Below are positions 17,453 to 26,191 of a DNA stretch of 64,000 bases, in pieces. This stretch comes from Syntrophales bacterium. Lineage in GTDB: Bacteria; Desulfobacterota; Syntrophia; Syntrophales; UBA2210. Below the pieces are notes generated by a model. The model had not been told where the DNA came from. It ran no database searches and worked only from the letters and a program-made list of their open reading frames with translations. Position 1 is the stretch's first letter. Each line of letters opens with the position of its first letter. The stretch lies in contig CAXXNF010000001.1 in assembly GCA_963666365.2 (NCBI GenBank), positions 1,216,001 through 1,280,000 on the forward strand, in the 5' to 3' direction. The position numbers were made by a program, and so were the translations under genes.

Positions 17453-20365
17453 TTACAGCACTTTGAATATTTCCAGGGCAAGATTCCCTTTTTGCATCGC
17501 CGCCTCTATGGCATCTGCCGAACCGAGCACCTTTATCGACCCTCGATGGCACACTTCGGCGAGTACCTCGGCAAATTCGGTGAAGTGTGCCGCGGTGGTG
17601 GCGCGCACCTCGTCCCGGATCTTCTGACGGTCTTCGTCGGTGCTCCCTGCCAGCGTCCGAACCATCGATGCGTATCCCTTGGCATCGGGCAGCATGTAGG
17701 CATCCATATCGCCGATAGCGCCTATTATGGCCTTTGTCAACTCATCCTGACTTAGGCTCAATTCCTTTAAAAACCGGGATGTCTCATCAAATATTTGCAG
17801 CGTTTTGAGAAGATTCGGGTCCCGATAGGAAAGGAAGGTCAGCACGCCGGAAAGCCGGTCGAAAGAACAGAACGCCCCGTAGGCGCCCCCCTGCACCCGC
17901 ACACGTTCCCATAACCAGGTGGTGCGCAGATAGCGGGCAATGACCCCGACGGATCCGTGATATCGATAGCCCTGCCGGTATAAATCGGCCCCTTTGCCCA
18001 CATAGTTTACCTGTGAAGGGGCCACCATCGCCTCGTGAGGAAGGATCTCCTCCCGATTCCAGGGAGCTCTGGAAAAGGCGCGCTCAGGCATGCAGTCCAT
18101 AAAGTGATGAATCCGGGGCTCTATTGCCTGCCATCCCTCTTCGTCAATGGTGACATTGACGAGCATTGCCTTCCGGTTTATGATAAGCGCTGACAGTTCA
18201 TTCAGGATGCGGAGGACCGATTCCCAATCCTCTTCAATCATCGTTACCAGCCTGCGCAAAAAGAAGAGATAGCTTATTCCGCCCATCTGCTCAGCCGCCC
18301 AGTCCGCCTCGTTAAACTGGGCGCGCAGGCGAAGATTGACCACCTGATGGCCGCCCGGTATCAGCCGCTGTTCCATCCGCGCCTTTTCTTCCAGGGCCAT
18401 CTGTTTGAATCGCCCTTTATCGTCAAAGCGGGGTGTAAGGAGCAGATCACTCATAATATCAAGCAGATCATCTACCTGATGACGCATCCCCTTTCCCCTC
18501 AGGAAAAGTTTTGCCGTTGTCTGATCGCTTCCGTGGACAAGGGACAGGATGGAAGAAGTGTGAATGCCCCCCGTTTTTCTGCCGATCCGCTGGAATACTT
18601 TGACATAATCCTCCTTTTCGGTACCCATCTCCAGCAGGGCCCTGCTGAAAAGGGGAAGGTAGGGGATATAGCCTTGGGGCACGGTATGGATGTCGAATCC
18701 CGCATCGATATAGGCAATCCCGCTGGTAAAGAGATCGTGATACAGGATGGGCGCCCCGGCATGGTTCAAGGTGACGGAGGGGATGATTTTGTTGTATCGA
18801 TCAAGATCGGAAAGCGCAAGCGACGGTATCGTCCGGAGCGCCTCCGGCGGATCGGGCGCTTCCTGCATCGCTTTTAAGACCTTGGCTTCCTGCACGATTT
18901 CATCGAGGCGGCGACCATCCATTTCAGCCTTTATCCTGGCCAGTGATTCTTTTTCCTCCTCTTCTCTTTTCTTTCTCAATGCGGGATCGGGGATGAGATT
19001 GACCCGCGTCCGGTGTGGATTCTCCAGAAAATAGCGGCGGATAAGAGTCTCAAAAAAGGCCCTGTCCGATCGTATCTGCTCTTTGAGCGCCTCAAGCGGC
19101 TTTTCGTAGGCAACCAGCGCAAGCGGATCGGCGTCATAAAGCCAGCCGGTCAGCGCCCGCAGCATCAGAATCAGCCCCCGGGGATAACTGCCCGTGTTGT
19201 TCTCCCGCAACCCGAATTCCAGGGTATTGACGGCTGCTTCTACGGCATCGGCCTCTATGCCCGATTCGGCAAGTTCAGCCAGGGTCTTCATGATCAGATC
19301 TTCAACGGCCTGTATCCGTTCCTCGGGAACCCCCTTCATTCCTACGGAAAAGAACATCTGGCGCAGTTCATCCTCCAGGCCGCCGCCGACAATATCCTCA
19401 CCGAGCCCCGATTCAATAAGGGCCTTTCTGAGGGGTGAGCCGGGCGTACCGAGAAGTATGTAGCTCAACACATTGAGGGCCATGTTGGAATCTACATCCA
19501 CTGTTTCGTCAAAGAGCCAGTTGAGAACGATCATCCCCTTCTCATCCCCTTCTTCACCCGCGTCAAAGTGACGGGTAAGACTTCGGGGCCCCTCGAATTT
19601 CGGTTGCAGGGGTATCGATGAATCGATGGAAAGGGCATCGTATTCCTTAAGATATTCATTGACGAGCCGCAGCCGCTCTTCAGGATCGTCGTCGCCCCAG
19701 AAAAATATACGGGCATTCGACGGATGATAGTACCGCCGATGAAACTCACTGAACCGCTCATAGGTAAGATCGGGAATCTTCTCGGGGTCGCCTCCGGAAT
19801 CGAACCCGTAGGTCGTATCGGGGAAAAGCGATTGCTGCGAGTATTCGGCCAGAAGACTTTCCGGCGAGGAATAGGCCCCCTTCATCTCGTTGTAGACGAC
19901 ACCCAGATACTGAAGGGGATCTTCGGGATGTTCGAGATCAAAGTGCCATCCTTCCTGTTTGAAAATCTCCGGCGTAATGCGGGGATAGAAGACAGCATCC
20001 AGATAGACGTCGATCAGATTATAGAAATCCTGTACATTCTGACTTGCCACGGGATAGCAGGTCCGATCGGGGTAGGTAAAGGCGTTGAGAAAGGTCTGGA
20101 GGGAACCCTTCAGAATTTCCACAAAAGGTTCCTTCACGGGATACTTTCTCGACCCGCACAGCACCGAGTGCTCCAATATATGGGCCACACCGGTCGAATC
20201 CCCGGGAGGCGTGCGAAAGGTAATGCCGAACACCTTGTTTTCATCGTCATTTATCATCGAAAGCAGTTCAGCGCCCGTTTTTACATGCCGGTACACGCGC
20301 GCCTTCGTTCTGAATTCGTTAATGTCCTTTTCATAGACAAGCTGAAATCCGTGCAGACTTTTCAT
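17453..20365 (-). CDS. M16C insulinase-family metallopeptidase (PreP-like)
   Basis: Inverted zinc motif HILEH.VLCGS, NAFTYPD, GVVYNEMKG, RVQGGAYG and SYRDP. Confidence 0.95.
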   Translation of the reverse strand: MKSLHGFQLVYEKDINEFRTKARVYRHVKTGAELLSMINDDENKVFGITFRTPPGDSTGVAHILEHSVLCGSRKYPVKEPFVEILKGSLQTFLNAFTYPDRTCYPVASQNVQDFYNLIDVYLDAVFYPRITPEIFKQEGWHFDLEHPEDPLQYLGVVYNEMKGAYSSPESLLAEYSQQSLFPDTTYGFDSGGDPEKIPDLTYERFSEFHRRYYHPSNARIFFWGDDDPEERLRLVNEYLKEYDALSIDSSIPLQPKFEGPRSLTRHFDAGEEGDEKGMIVLNWLFDETVDVDSNMALNVLSYILLGTPGSPLRKALIESGLGEDIVGGGLEDELRQMFFSVGMKGVPEERIQAVEDLIMKTLAELAESGIEADAVEAAVNTLEFGLRENNTGSYPRGLILMLRALTGWLYDADPLALVAYEKPLEALKEQIRSDRAFFETLIRRYFLENPHRTRVNLIPDPALRKKREEEEKESLARIKAEMDGRRLDEIVQEAKVLKAMQEAPDPPEALRTIPSLALSDLDRYNKIIPSVTLNHAGAPILYHDLFTSGIAYIDAGFDIHTVPQGYIPYLPLFSRALLEMGTEKEDYVKVFQRIGRKTGGIHTSSILSLVHGSDQTTAKLFLRGKGMRHQVDDLLDIMSDLLLTPRFDDKGRFKQMALEEKARMEQRLIPGGHQVVNLRLRAQFNEADWAAEQMGGISYLFFLRRLVTMIEEDWESVLRILNELSALIINRKAMLVNVTIDEEGWQAIEPRIHHFMDCMPERAFSRAPWNREEILPHEAMVAPSQVNYVGKGADLYRQGYRYHGSVGVIARYLRTTWLWERVRVQGGAYGAFCSFDRLSGVLTFLSYRDPNLLKTLQIFDETSRFLKELSLSQDELTKAIIGAIGDMDAYMLPDAKGYASMVRTLAGSTDEDRQKIRDEVRATTAAHFTEFAEVLAEVCHRGSIKVLGSADAIEAAMQKGNLALEIFKVL

Positions 20366-20532
20366 TATGTGTGAGACCCCTTTTCTTCGATCCCCTTTCA
20401 TACTTGATTTTTTTCACTGCTTCAACACTCTTCTGAACATTCTTTCCGCGGGATGCGCGAAATGAGAAAAGATTGACTTGCTGCCATACAGCCGGTATCA
20501 TTCCGGTCAGATTCCAATTACAGGGGCTGCCC

Positions 20533-21282
20533 ATGACTGCCGATGAATATCAAGAAGCCCGCGGGGTCGCGCAGGAAATTGCCGATTCTCTAGATCCTCC
20601 CCTTTTTTACCGTGACAAAAAGGAAGAATGCGCACTCTCGCGGCGCCTAATGGGGGAAACCCCTCTGGTTGAAGCCTGCGTCTCTATATTAAAGGAAAAA
20701 AAGGCCTCCTACGGTCATGGGCTGTCCCATGCCTGTAAGGTTGCCGTCGATGCCGGGGCAATAATTATCGTGGAAGGGTTTGACGGCGCACCCGGCCTGC
20801 GGAGACTTGTCTTTCTTGCCCACATTGCCGGAGTGCTTCATGATATCGCCCGTTCGAATCCAGATCACGCCCACCTTGGGGCGCAGGAAGCGGGAATCAT
20901 TCTGGCCGGATTCAGTCTTCCCGGCCCAGACATTAAGGCAATCACGGGGGCAATTGAAAATCACGAGGCCTTTCAGCCCTCCAAACCACTGGATACCAAA
21001 TCCGCCCAGCTTCTTTCCGATGCACTCTACGATGCCGACAAGTTCCGCTGGGGTCCCGATAATTTCACGGAAATGATCTGGGACATTCTGGCCCCCCGCA
21101 GGGTTCCCGTGGCAAAACTGATGGAGCGATTCCTTCCCGGCCTGAAGGGAATTGAAAAGATTCGGGATACCTTTCGCACCGAAACCGGCAAAAGATACGG
21201 TCCCGATTTCATCGACAGGGGCGTCATGATAGGCCTGGAACTCTACCGGCGTCTCGGCGGAACCGATACCTACAGACAATAA
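20533..21282 (+). CDS. HD-domain phosphohydrolase
   Basis: HG..H...LHDI...H...HE...DADK. Confidence 0.8.
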   Translation: MTADEYQEARGVAQEIADSLDPPLFYRDKKEECALSRRLMGETPLVEACVSILKEKKASYGHGLSHACKVAVDAGAIIIVEGFDGAPGLRRLVFLAHIAGVLHDIARSNPDHAHLGAQEAGIILAGFSLPGPDIKAITGAIENHEAFQPSKPLDTKSAQLLSDALYDADKFRWGPDNFTEMIWDILAPRRVPVAKLMERFLPGLKGIEKIRDTFRTETGKRYGPDFIDRGVMIGLELYRRLGGTDTYRQ

Positions 21283-21477
21283 GTCAACTGACAATTCTTT
21301 TCCGGACAATCTCTCTTGCCTGATACTGTTAAGGGGAGGGACACCGTTCATAGCATTGGACTTTCACGAGCATTCGCGATAGTATTGGATAAAAATGTTG
21401 TGCACTGAAGTAAGAGCCCCTTGGGGAGAAGCACCGCCCCCCGATAACGCTACCAATGAGTGAGGAGGGATAGTATC

Positions 21478-21927
21478 ATGTTGACCGCTCGCGATATCAT
21501 GACCAGCAACATCGTGACTGTAGCACCGGACACGGAAATTGTAGAAGCGGCGAAACGCCTGCTTGAACAGCACCTCAACGGTCTGCCCGTAGTGAATGAG
21601 GCGGGCAGGCTTGTCGGCATCATATGCCAGGAAGATCTCGTCATGCAGCAGAAGAAAATTCCCCTTCCCTCATTTTTTATGCTGCTGGACAGCCTTATAC
21701 CCCTCAAATCCTCCAAATCCATTGAACGGGAGATTGAAAAAATCGCCGCCGCCACCGTGGAAAAGGCCATGACAAAGAACCCCGTCACTATCGGCCCCGA
21801 AACCAGTATTGAAGATATCGCCACTCTTATGGTTACCAAAAAAATTCATACGCTTCCCGTGGTGGAAGGGGAAACGCTCATCGGCATAGTGGGAAAGGAG
21901 GATGTGCTTCGAACCCTCATGCCCTGA
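21478..21927 (+). CDS. CBS-domain pair protein
   Basis: ARDIMT..V.V, GLPVV...LVGII, MT..PVT and LPVV...LIGIV. Confidence 0.92.
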   Translation: MLTARDIMTSNIVTVAPDTEIVEAAKRLLEQHLNGLPVVNEAGRLVGIICQEDLVMQQKKIPLPSFFMLLDSLIPLKSSKSIEREIEKIAAATVEKAMTKNPVTIGPETSIEDIATLMVTKKIHTLPVVEGETLIGIVGKEDVLRTLMP

Positions 21928-21947
21928 CCCTTCATTGCAAGGCCTCG

Positions 21948-22490
21948 TCACGGCTCCTGCGGCGGGCAGGACGCAAGCCATCGATCGAGGGCGGCTGCGG
22001 CAAGGCAGGCTCTCAGCTGATCACAGACGCGCAGGTCCGTGGGAAAGGCCATCGCTTCGGGAAGCGCATCAAGGGGAAAAAACTGAACCTCGCCTGCATC
22101 CGATCCTGCATGCGGGATGCCGCCCTTTCGCGTCCCCCAGAACCAGATTCCCACTGTCTGACGTTGGCGGTCATGAAAATTTGAGTGCACGGCAAAGACA
22201 GGACCGAGATGTACATCCAGCCCCGTTTCCTCCTTGAATTCCCGTGCCGCCGCACCGCGTACATCCTCGTCCCATTCCAGATGCCCGCAGGGAATGCACC
22301 ACATTCCTTCATAGGAGCCGAGACGTTTCACCAGGAGAATCTGGCCGTTCTCGACAAGAATAACCGCCACCCCCACCGTTGGATTGCGATAGTACACAAC
22401 ATCACAGGAGGGGCAGTACTTTCTTTTTTTATCGCCTGATGTCTTGACTGCCAACTGAGTCCCGCAGGCGGGACAGTAACAAAATTCCAT
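21948..22490 (-). CDS. Nudix hydrolase with N-terminal zinc ribbon
   Basis: YCPACG...CPSC..Y.NP and Nudix box G.LE..E.....A.REFKEETG. Confidence 0.9.
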   Translation of the reverse strand: MEFCYCPACGTQLAVKTSGDKKRKYCPSCDVVYYRNPTVGVAVILVENGQILLVKRLGSYEGMWCIPCGHLEWDEDVRGAAAREFKEETGLDVHLGPVFAVHSNFHDRQRQTVGIWFWGTRKGGIPHAGSDAGEVQFFPLDALPEAMAFPTDLRVCDQLRACLAAAALDRWLASCPPQEP

Positions 22491-22690
22491 AGCGGCGCCT
22501 CGCTCCGCCAACGGGAAGAACCTTTTCCCGATCGCGTATTTATATACCCCCGGACGGTACGCGCCAATCATAGGAAAAAGAACCCTGTCCTGTCAAAGGA
22601 AAGATTCTCCACCCACCCGGGGACTGCTATCTCTTGACAAAAGCGGGCCGCTCTCATATATGCAGGGGAATAACAAGGAGACGATTCACC

Positions 22691-23731
22691 ATGCGCATTG
22701 ATGAACGCACCATCGAGGCAGTAGGTAAAAAATTTTCACGAGAGCTTGTCGATCCGGTAGAGGTTGTCCTTTTTACCACTGAGCTGCCCACGGGCAGTTG
22801 CGACAACCGGGGATACAATGAATTCGCAGAGGACCTTCTTGAGGCATTTGAAGAAATAAGCGACAAGCTCTCGATTACACGACTGGATCTCTATGGTGCG
22901 AGGGGAAAGGACCTCGGACTTATCATATCCCCCACCCTTCTTATCGGCGTCGAAGGCCGTTATCCCGTCCAGTACTGGGGGGCGCCCACCGGTGAGGAAG
23001 GGGGAATTTTCATCGAAACGATCGTGACGGCTTCCCGCCGGGAGACAGGTCTCAGCGCCCGATCGCGGGAGAAAATAGACGCCATTGACCGCAGGACCCT
23101 CATCGAATGCTTCGTGGCGCCCGAGTGCCCCCACTGTCCCCGCGCCGTTTTCCTCGCACACAGGATTGCGCTTACCTCGGGCGGCATAGTCACTTCACGG
23201 TGCATCGACGTAGTCGAATGCATGAACAGGGCGCTTGAATTCAATGTGACATCGGTGCCGCACATGGTCATCAATGAAGATCCCTCGTCGATGCTGAGCG
23301 GCGTGCAGGATGAACGGACCATGGTCAACAGGGTGCTCGCCTACGGATCGAGCCGGGCGGATGAAATTCTCAGGGAAGAGGAACGACGTCGGGCCGCCTT
23401 TCCCGCCCACCCGGGACATCCCGTCGATCTGACCGACGCCACCATCGATCATGCACTCGACGCCTACCCCTTCCTGGTGGTTGACTGCTGGGCTTCCTGG
23501 TGTGCCCCCTGCACCACCCTCCGTCCCGTTATAGATTCACTGGCCCGGACATTGAAAGCACAGGTCGTATTCGGCAGGCTCGACGTGGACACCAACGGCG
23601 AAAGCGCCACACGCTTCGGCGTCCAATCCCTGCCGACGCTGCTCATTTTCAAAGAGGGCATCCACGCAGGCACGCTCTTCGGCATCATGACGGAAGAAAG
23701 CCTGGCGGAAAAAATAATAGCCTACCGGTAA
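22691..23731 (+). CDS. Protein disulfide oxidoreductase (AhpF-NTD/PDO-like) fused to a thioredoxin domain
   Basis: G.P.G.E...F and CPHCP..V in the PDO unit; VDCWASWCAPC...SLPT in the C-terminal thioredoxin. Confidence 0.82.
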   Translation: MRIDERTIEAVGKKFSRELVDPVEVVLFTTELPTGSCDNRGYNEFAEDLLEAFEEISDKLSITRLDLYGARGKDLGLIISPTLLIGVEGRYPVQYWGAPTGEEGGIFIETIVTASRRETGLSARSREKIDAIDRRTLIECFVAPECPHCPRAVFLAHRIALTSGGIVTSRCIDVVECMNRALEFNVTSVPHMVINEDPSSMLSGVQDERTMVNRVLAYGSSRADEILREEERRRAAFPAHPGHPVDLTDATIDHALDAYPFLVVDCWASWCAPCTTLRPVIDSLARTLKAQVVFGRLDVDTNGESATRFGVQSLPTLLIFKEGIHAGTLFGIMTEESLAEKIIAYR

Positions 23732-23735
23732 GACA

Positions 23736-24002
23736 AACCGCAAATTGACACGAATGAACATAAATAGACACAGAGAAGTCATAATCATTCGCGTCCATTA
23801 ACGTTCATTCGCGGTGCCAGTCCCAAATATTTAACCGCGAATTGACACGAATAAACATAAATAGACACTGAGAAGTCATAATCATTCGCGTCCATTAACG
23901 TTCATTCGCGGTGCCAGTCCCACGTATTTAACCGCGAATTGACACGAATGAACACTGATATAAAAACAATGAATTCGAGTCCATTAACGTTCATTCGCGG
24001 TT
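23736..24002. repeat. Tandem array of about 2.8 x 97-bp palindromic REP-like units
   Basis: Units start at 23736, 23833 and 23930. Each reads AACCGC(G/A)AATTGACACGAAT...ATTCG(C/A)GTCCATTAACGTTCATTCGCGGT. Confidence 0.9.
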
Positions 24003-24028
24003 GCTTTCAGGTGTCGGCTGACGATGTG

Positions 24029-24505
24029 TCAGGGGCGTGGTGGCAGTACTTCAAAGGGGGAATCGTGAAGCCATCCTACCTCCATCACCCCCCAGAGGCC
24101 GGCGAGGATGGCCTCGGCGGCATCGTGGCGCAGTGAGGTGGGGTTGGGGGCGCCGGACCACTGGATAACGCGGCGGGCGATTTCGTCGGCATGCTCTTTC
24201 GCCTTTTCTCCGCTTCTGCGGTTCCGGGGGATCAGAAAGCGGGTGCGCCAGGTTTCCGCTGAAATCTGAAGCACCGCAATGTCGTGCTTTCGCGCCTCTG
24301 CGATCCATAGATCAGCCGGGTTACCCCCTCCTTCAAGTACAATCCATTGCAGATCCGTGAGGGCCTTCAGGACCCCGGGAATCCCCCTTTTCAGGCGAGA
24401 GGCGGCGCCGAAATTCTGGGATCGATACCACTTCAGACGGCCGTCGTCGCCGAAAATGGCGAATCCCGTTTTCACGCCGCAGTCAACGGCAAGCAGCGAG
24501 GCCAT
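24029..24505 (-). CDS. RNase H-fold, RuvC-like putative nuclease
   Basis: LLAVD.G..TG, IVLEG, SAETWR, K.E and HDAAEAIL resemble the spacing of the RuvC catalytic motifs. Confidence 0.6.
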   Translation of the reverse strand: MASLLAVDCGVKTGFAIFGDDGRLKWYRSQNFGAASRLKRGIPGVLKALTDLQWIVLEGGGNPADLWIAEARKHDIAVLQISAETWRTRFLIPRNRRSGEKAKEHADEIARRVIQWSGAPNPTSLRHDAAEAILAGLWGVMEVGWLHDSPFEVLPPRP

Positions 24506-24514
24506 GAAAAATCC

Positions 24515-24817
24515 TTATTCTGCTTCTTCTTTCGCGGGCAGGTCGGCATCTTTCAGCTTCGTGAGAAATGCCTCCACATCTGTCTTTTCGTCATCGAAGG
24601 TCACTTCGGCGACTTTTTCATTATGATCGGTGGTCACTTTCACCACACCCTCAATACCCTTCAACAACACCCGCACCTTGGTCGCCAGACCGGCGCTGTC
24701 CGCTGCGGGAACCTTCAATGTGACCGTCCGTCTGGCCGCCCAGACCGTCTCCCCTGCGGCGGCAAAGACGATAAGGCACAGACCGGCTAAAAGCATGGCG
24801 CCTCGTTTCCTGTTCAT
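24515..24817 (-). CDS. Secreted heavy-metal-associated (MerP-like) domain protein lacking the CxxC motif
   Basis: Signal peptide ending VWA, then TVTLKV...L..IEGV.......AEVTFDDEKTDVE. Confidence 0.7.
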   Translation of the reverse strand: MNRKRGAMLLAGLCLIVFAAAGETVWAARRTVTLKVPAADSAGLATKVRVLLKGIEGVVKVTTDHNEKVAEVTFDDEKTDVEAFLTKLKDADLPAKEEAE

Positions 24818-24899
24818 TCCGGATTCCTCCCCTTCCATTTCTGGACACATGGGCAATTCTCAATCCTTTACAGGCAGATACAATGGCACCTGCCCCTTA

Positions 24900-26189
24900 T
24901 CATCTGCATCGGCGGCAGAGGCGGTTTCGGCGATAGATCAAGGCATGCCAAAGCTCCGAAGATTCCTCGGCACTTTCAAGCGCCTGATCCACCAGCACCA
25001 TTGCCTTTTCAAAATCACCGGCGCGGTGCTCACACCACTTGGCCATCTCCTGCAGGGCAAAGATATCGGCCGGATCATCGCCGATCATACGCTCCCAGAT
25101 TTCTACCGCCTCTTCCCACCGGCCCCGGCGTTTGTGGAAAAGGGAAAGGGCCTTGTGCGCCTCTTTCCTCAGCAATCCTTTATCGGCCAGTATTTCAAGA
25201 AGTTGCACACCTTCCGCGTGCGCTCCCCGTTCTATAAGGAGTCGGGAGGCCGCAAAAAGATCGTCATGAACGGCGCCGCCGTCGCACCCTGCCGGATCGA
25301 TCAGTTCCGCAAGATGCACCGCGAGCACCGCCATGGAAATCACATCGAAACGATTGTGGAGAAACACATCCTCCAACACCCCGGCGTCCCGCCTTCGAAG
25401 CCAGTCGAAATAGCGCTGAGGTATTTCGTATCCCGGAACGTCTCCCCGGCGGCGAAATCCGAGAATTTCCGCTTCCAGTGTCGCAAGCCGGCTGTTTTCC
25501 AGGCGGTGACCGACCAGACGCCGTGACGGAAATAGGAGATCCAGGTGGGGCATATCGGCAAAGGGATCGCTCCGGCGGTTCAGTATGAAACGGGTCCTGA
25601 GAAGACCGATATCGAAGGCCTTCCCGTTGAAGGTAATGACAAATTTCCGGGTCTTTACGATGTCGTTCAGGAGCGCCAGCGCCGCAGCTTCATCGGAAAA
25701 GTCCCGAAGAAATATCTGCTGCGTGACAAAAGACCCTGCATCCCACCACCCGAGACCGATCAGAAAGGCCGTTGTTCCCGTTCCCCCGGAGAGACCCGTC
25801 GTTTCCGTGTCCAGAAAAAGCCCCTCGACTGCGCTGCACCGGGCAATCCGCTCGTCCCCGGCAAGAAGGGCGGCACGACCCATATCGAGGGCGGCGCCAT
25901 CGCCGACGGGGCGATGACCATGGAAGATCGAAGCCGCTGTTACCGCCGTGGACACAAAGCAGGCACCACAGTCATTCCGCCTTTCCTCACCGTCGATCAC
26001 CCTTTCCAGCGGACGCGAGTCAGGACGGGTTTTCGCCGGTGCAGGCATCTGCTGCGGCCGGCGCGCCATGATCGCGTCTATTCGCCTGCGGAGCGCGCGC
26101 ATCTCTTCTCGCGGACCTACAGCTTCTCTTTCTTTGTGTCTGTGGGCATTTTCGCCGGTAAGACGATTCAGCCTGTCTCGCACGTCCAT
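24900..26189 (-). CDS. mrfB: YprB/MrfB-like DEDDh exonuclease with C-terminal TPR repeats
   Basis: FLDTETTG, TFNGKAFD, HLDL and HN..DV, followed by a helical TPR-like tail. Lies immediately downstream of the DUF1998 helicase. Confidence 0.85.
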   Translation of the reverse strand: MDVRDRLNRLTGENAHRHKEREAVGPREEMRALRRRIDAIMARRPQQMPAPAKTRPDSRPLERVIDGEERRNDCGACFVSTAVTAASIFHGHRPVGDGAALDMGRAALLAGDERIARCSAVEGLFLDTETTGLSGGTGTTAFLIGLGWWDAGSFVTQQIFLRDFSDEAAALALLNDIVKTRKFVITFNGKAFDIGLLRTRFILNRRSDPFADMPHLDLLFPSRRLVGHRLENSRLATLEAEILGFRRRGDVPGYEIPQRYFDWLRRRDAGVLEDVFLHNRFDVISMAVLAVHLAELIDPAGCDGGAVHDDLFAASRLLIERGAHAEGVQLLEILADKGLLRKEAHKALSLFHKRRGRWEEAVEIWERMIGDDPADIFALQEMAKWCEHRAGDFEKAMVLVDQALESAEESSELWHALIYRRNRLCRRCR

Positions 26190-26191
26190 GA

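Noticed and set aside
23736..24002. CRISPR array
   Set aside because: The intervening sequences are near-identical rather than unique spacers, the unit is 97 bp, and no cas genes are in the window.
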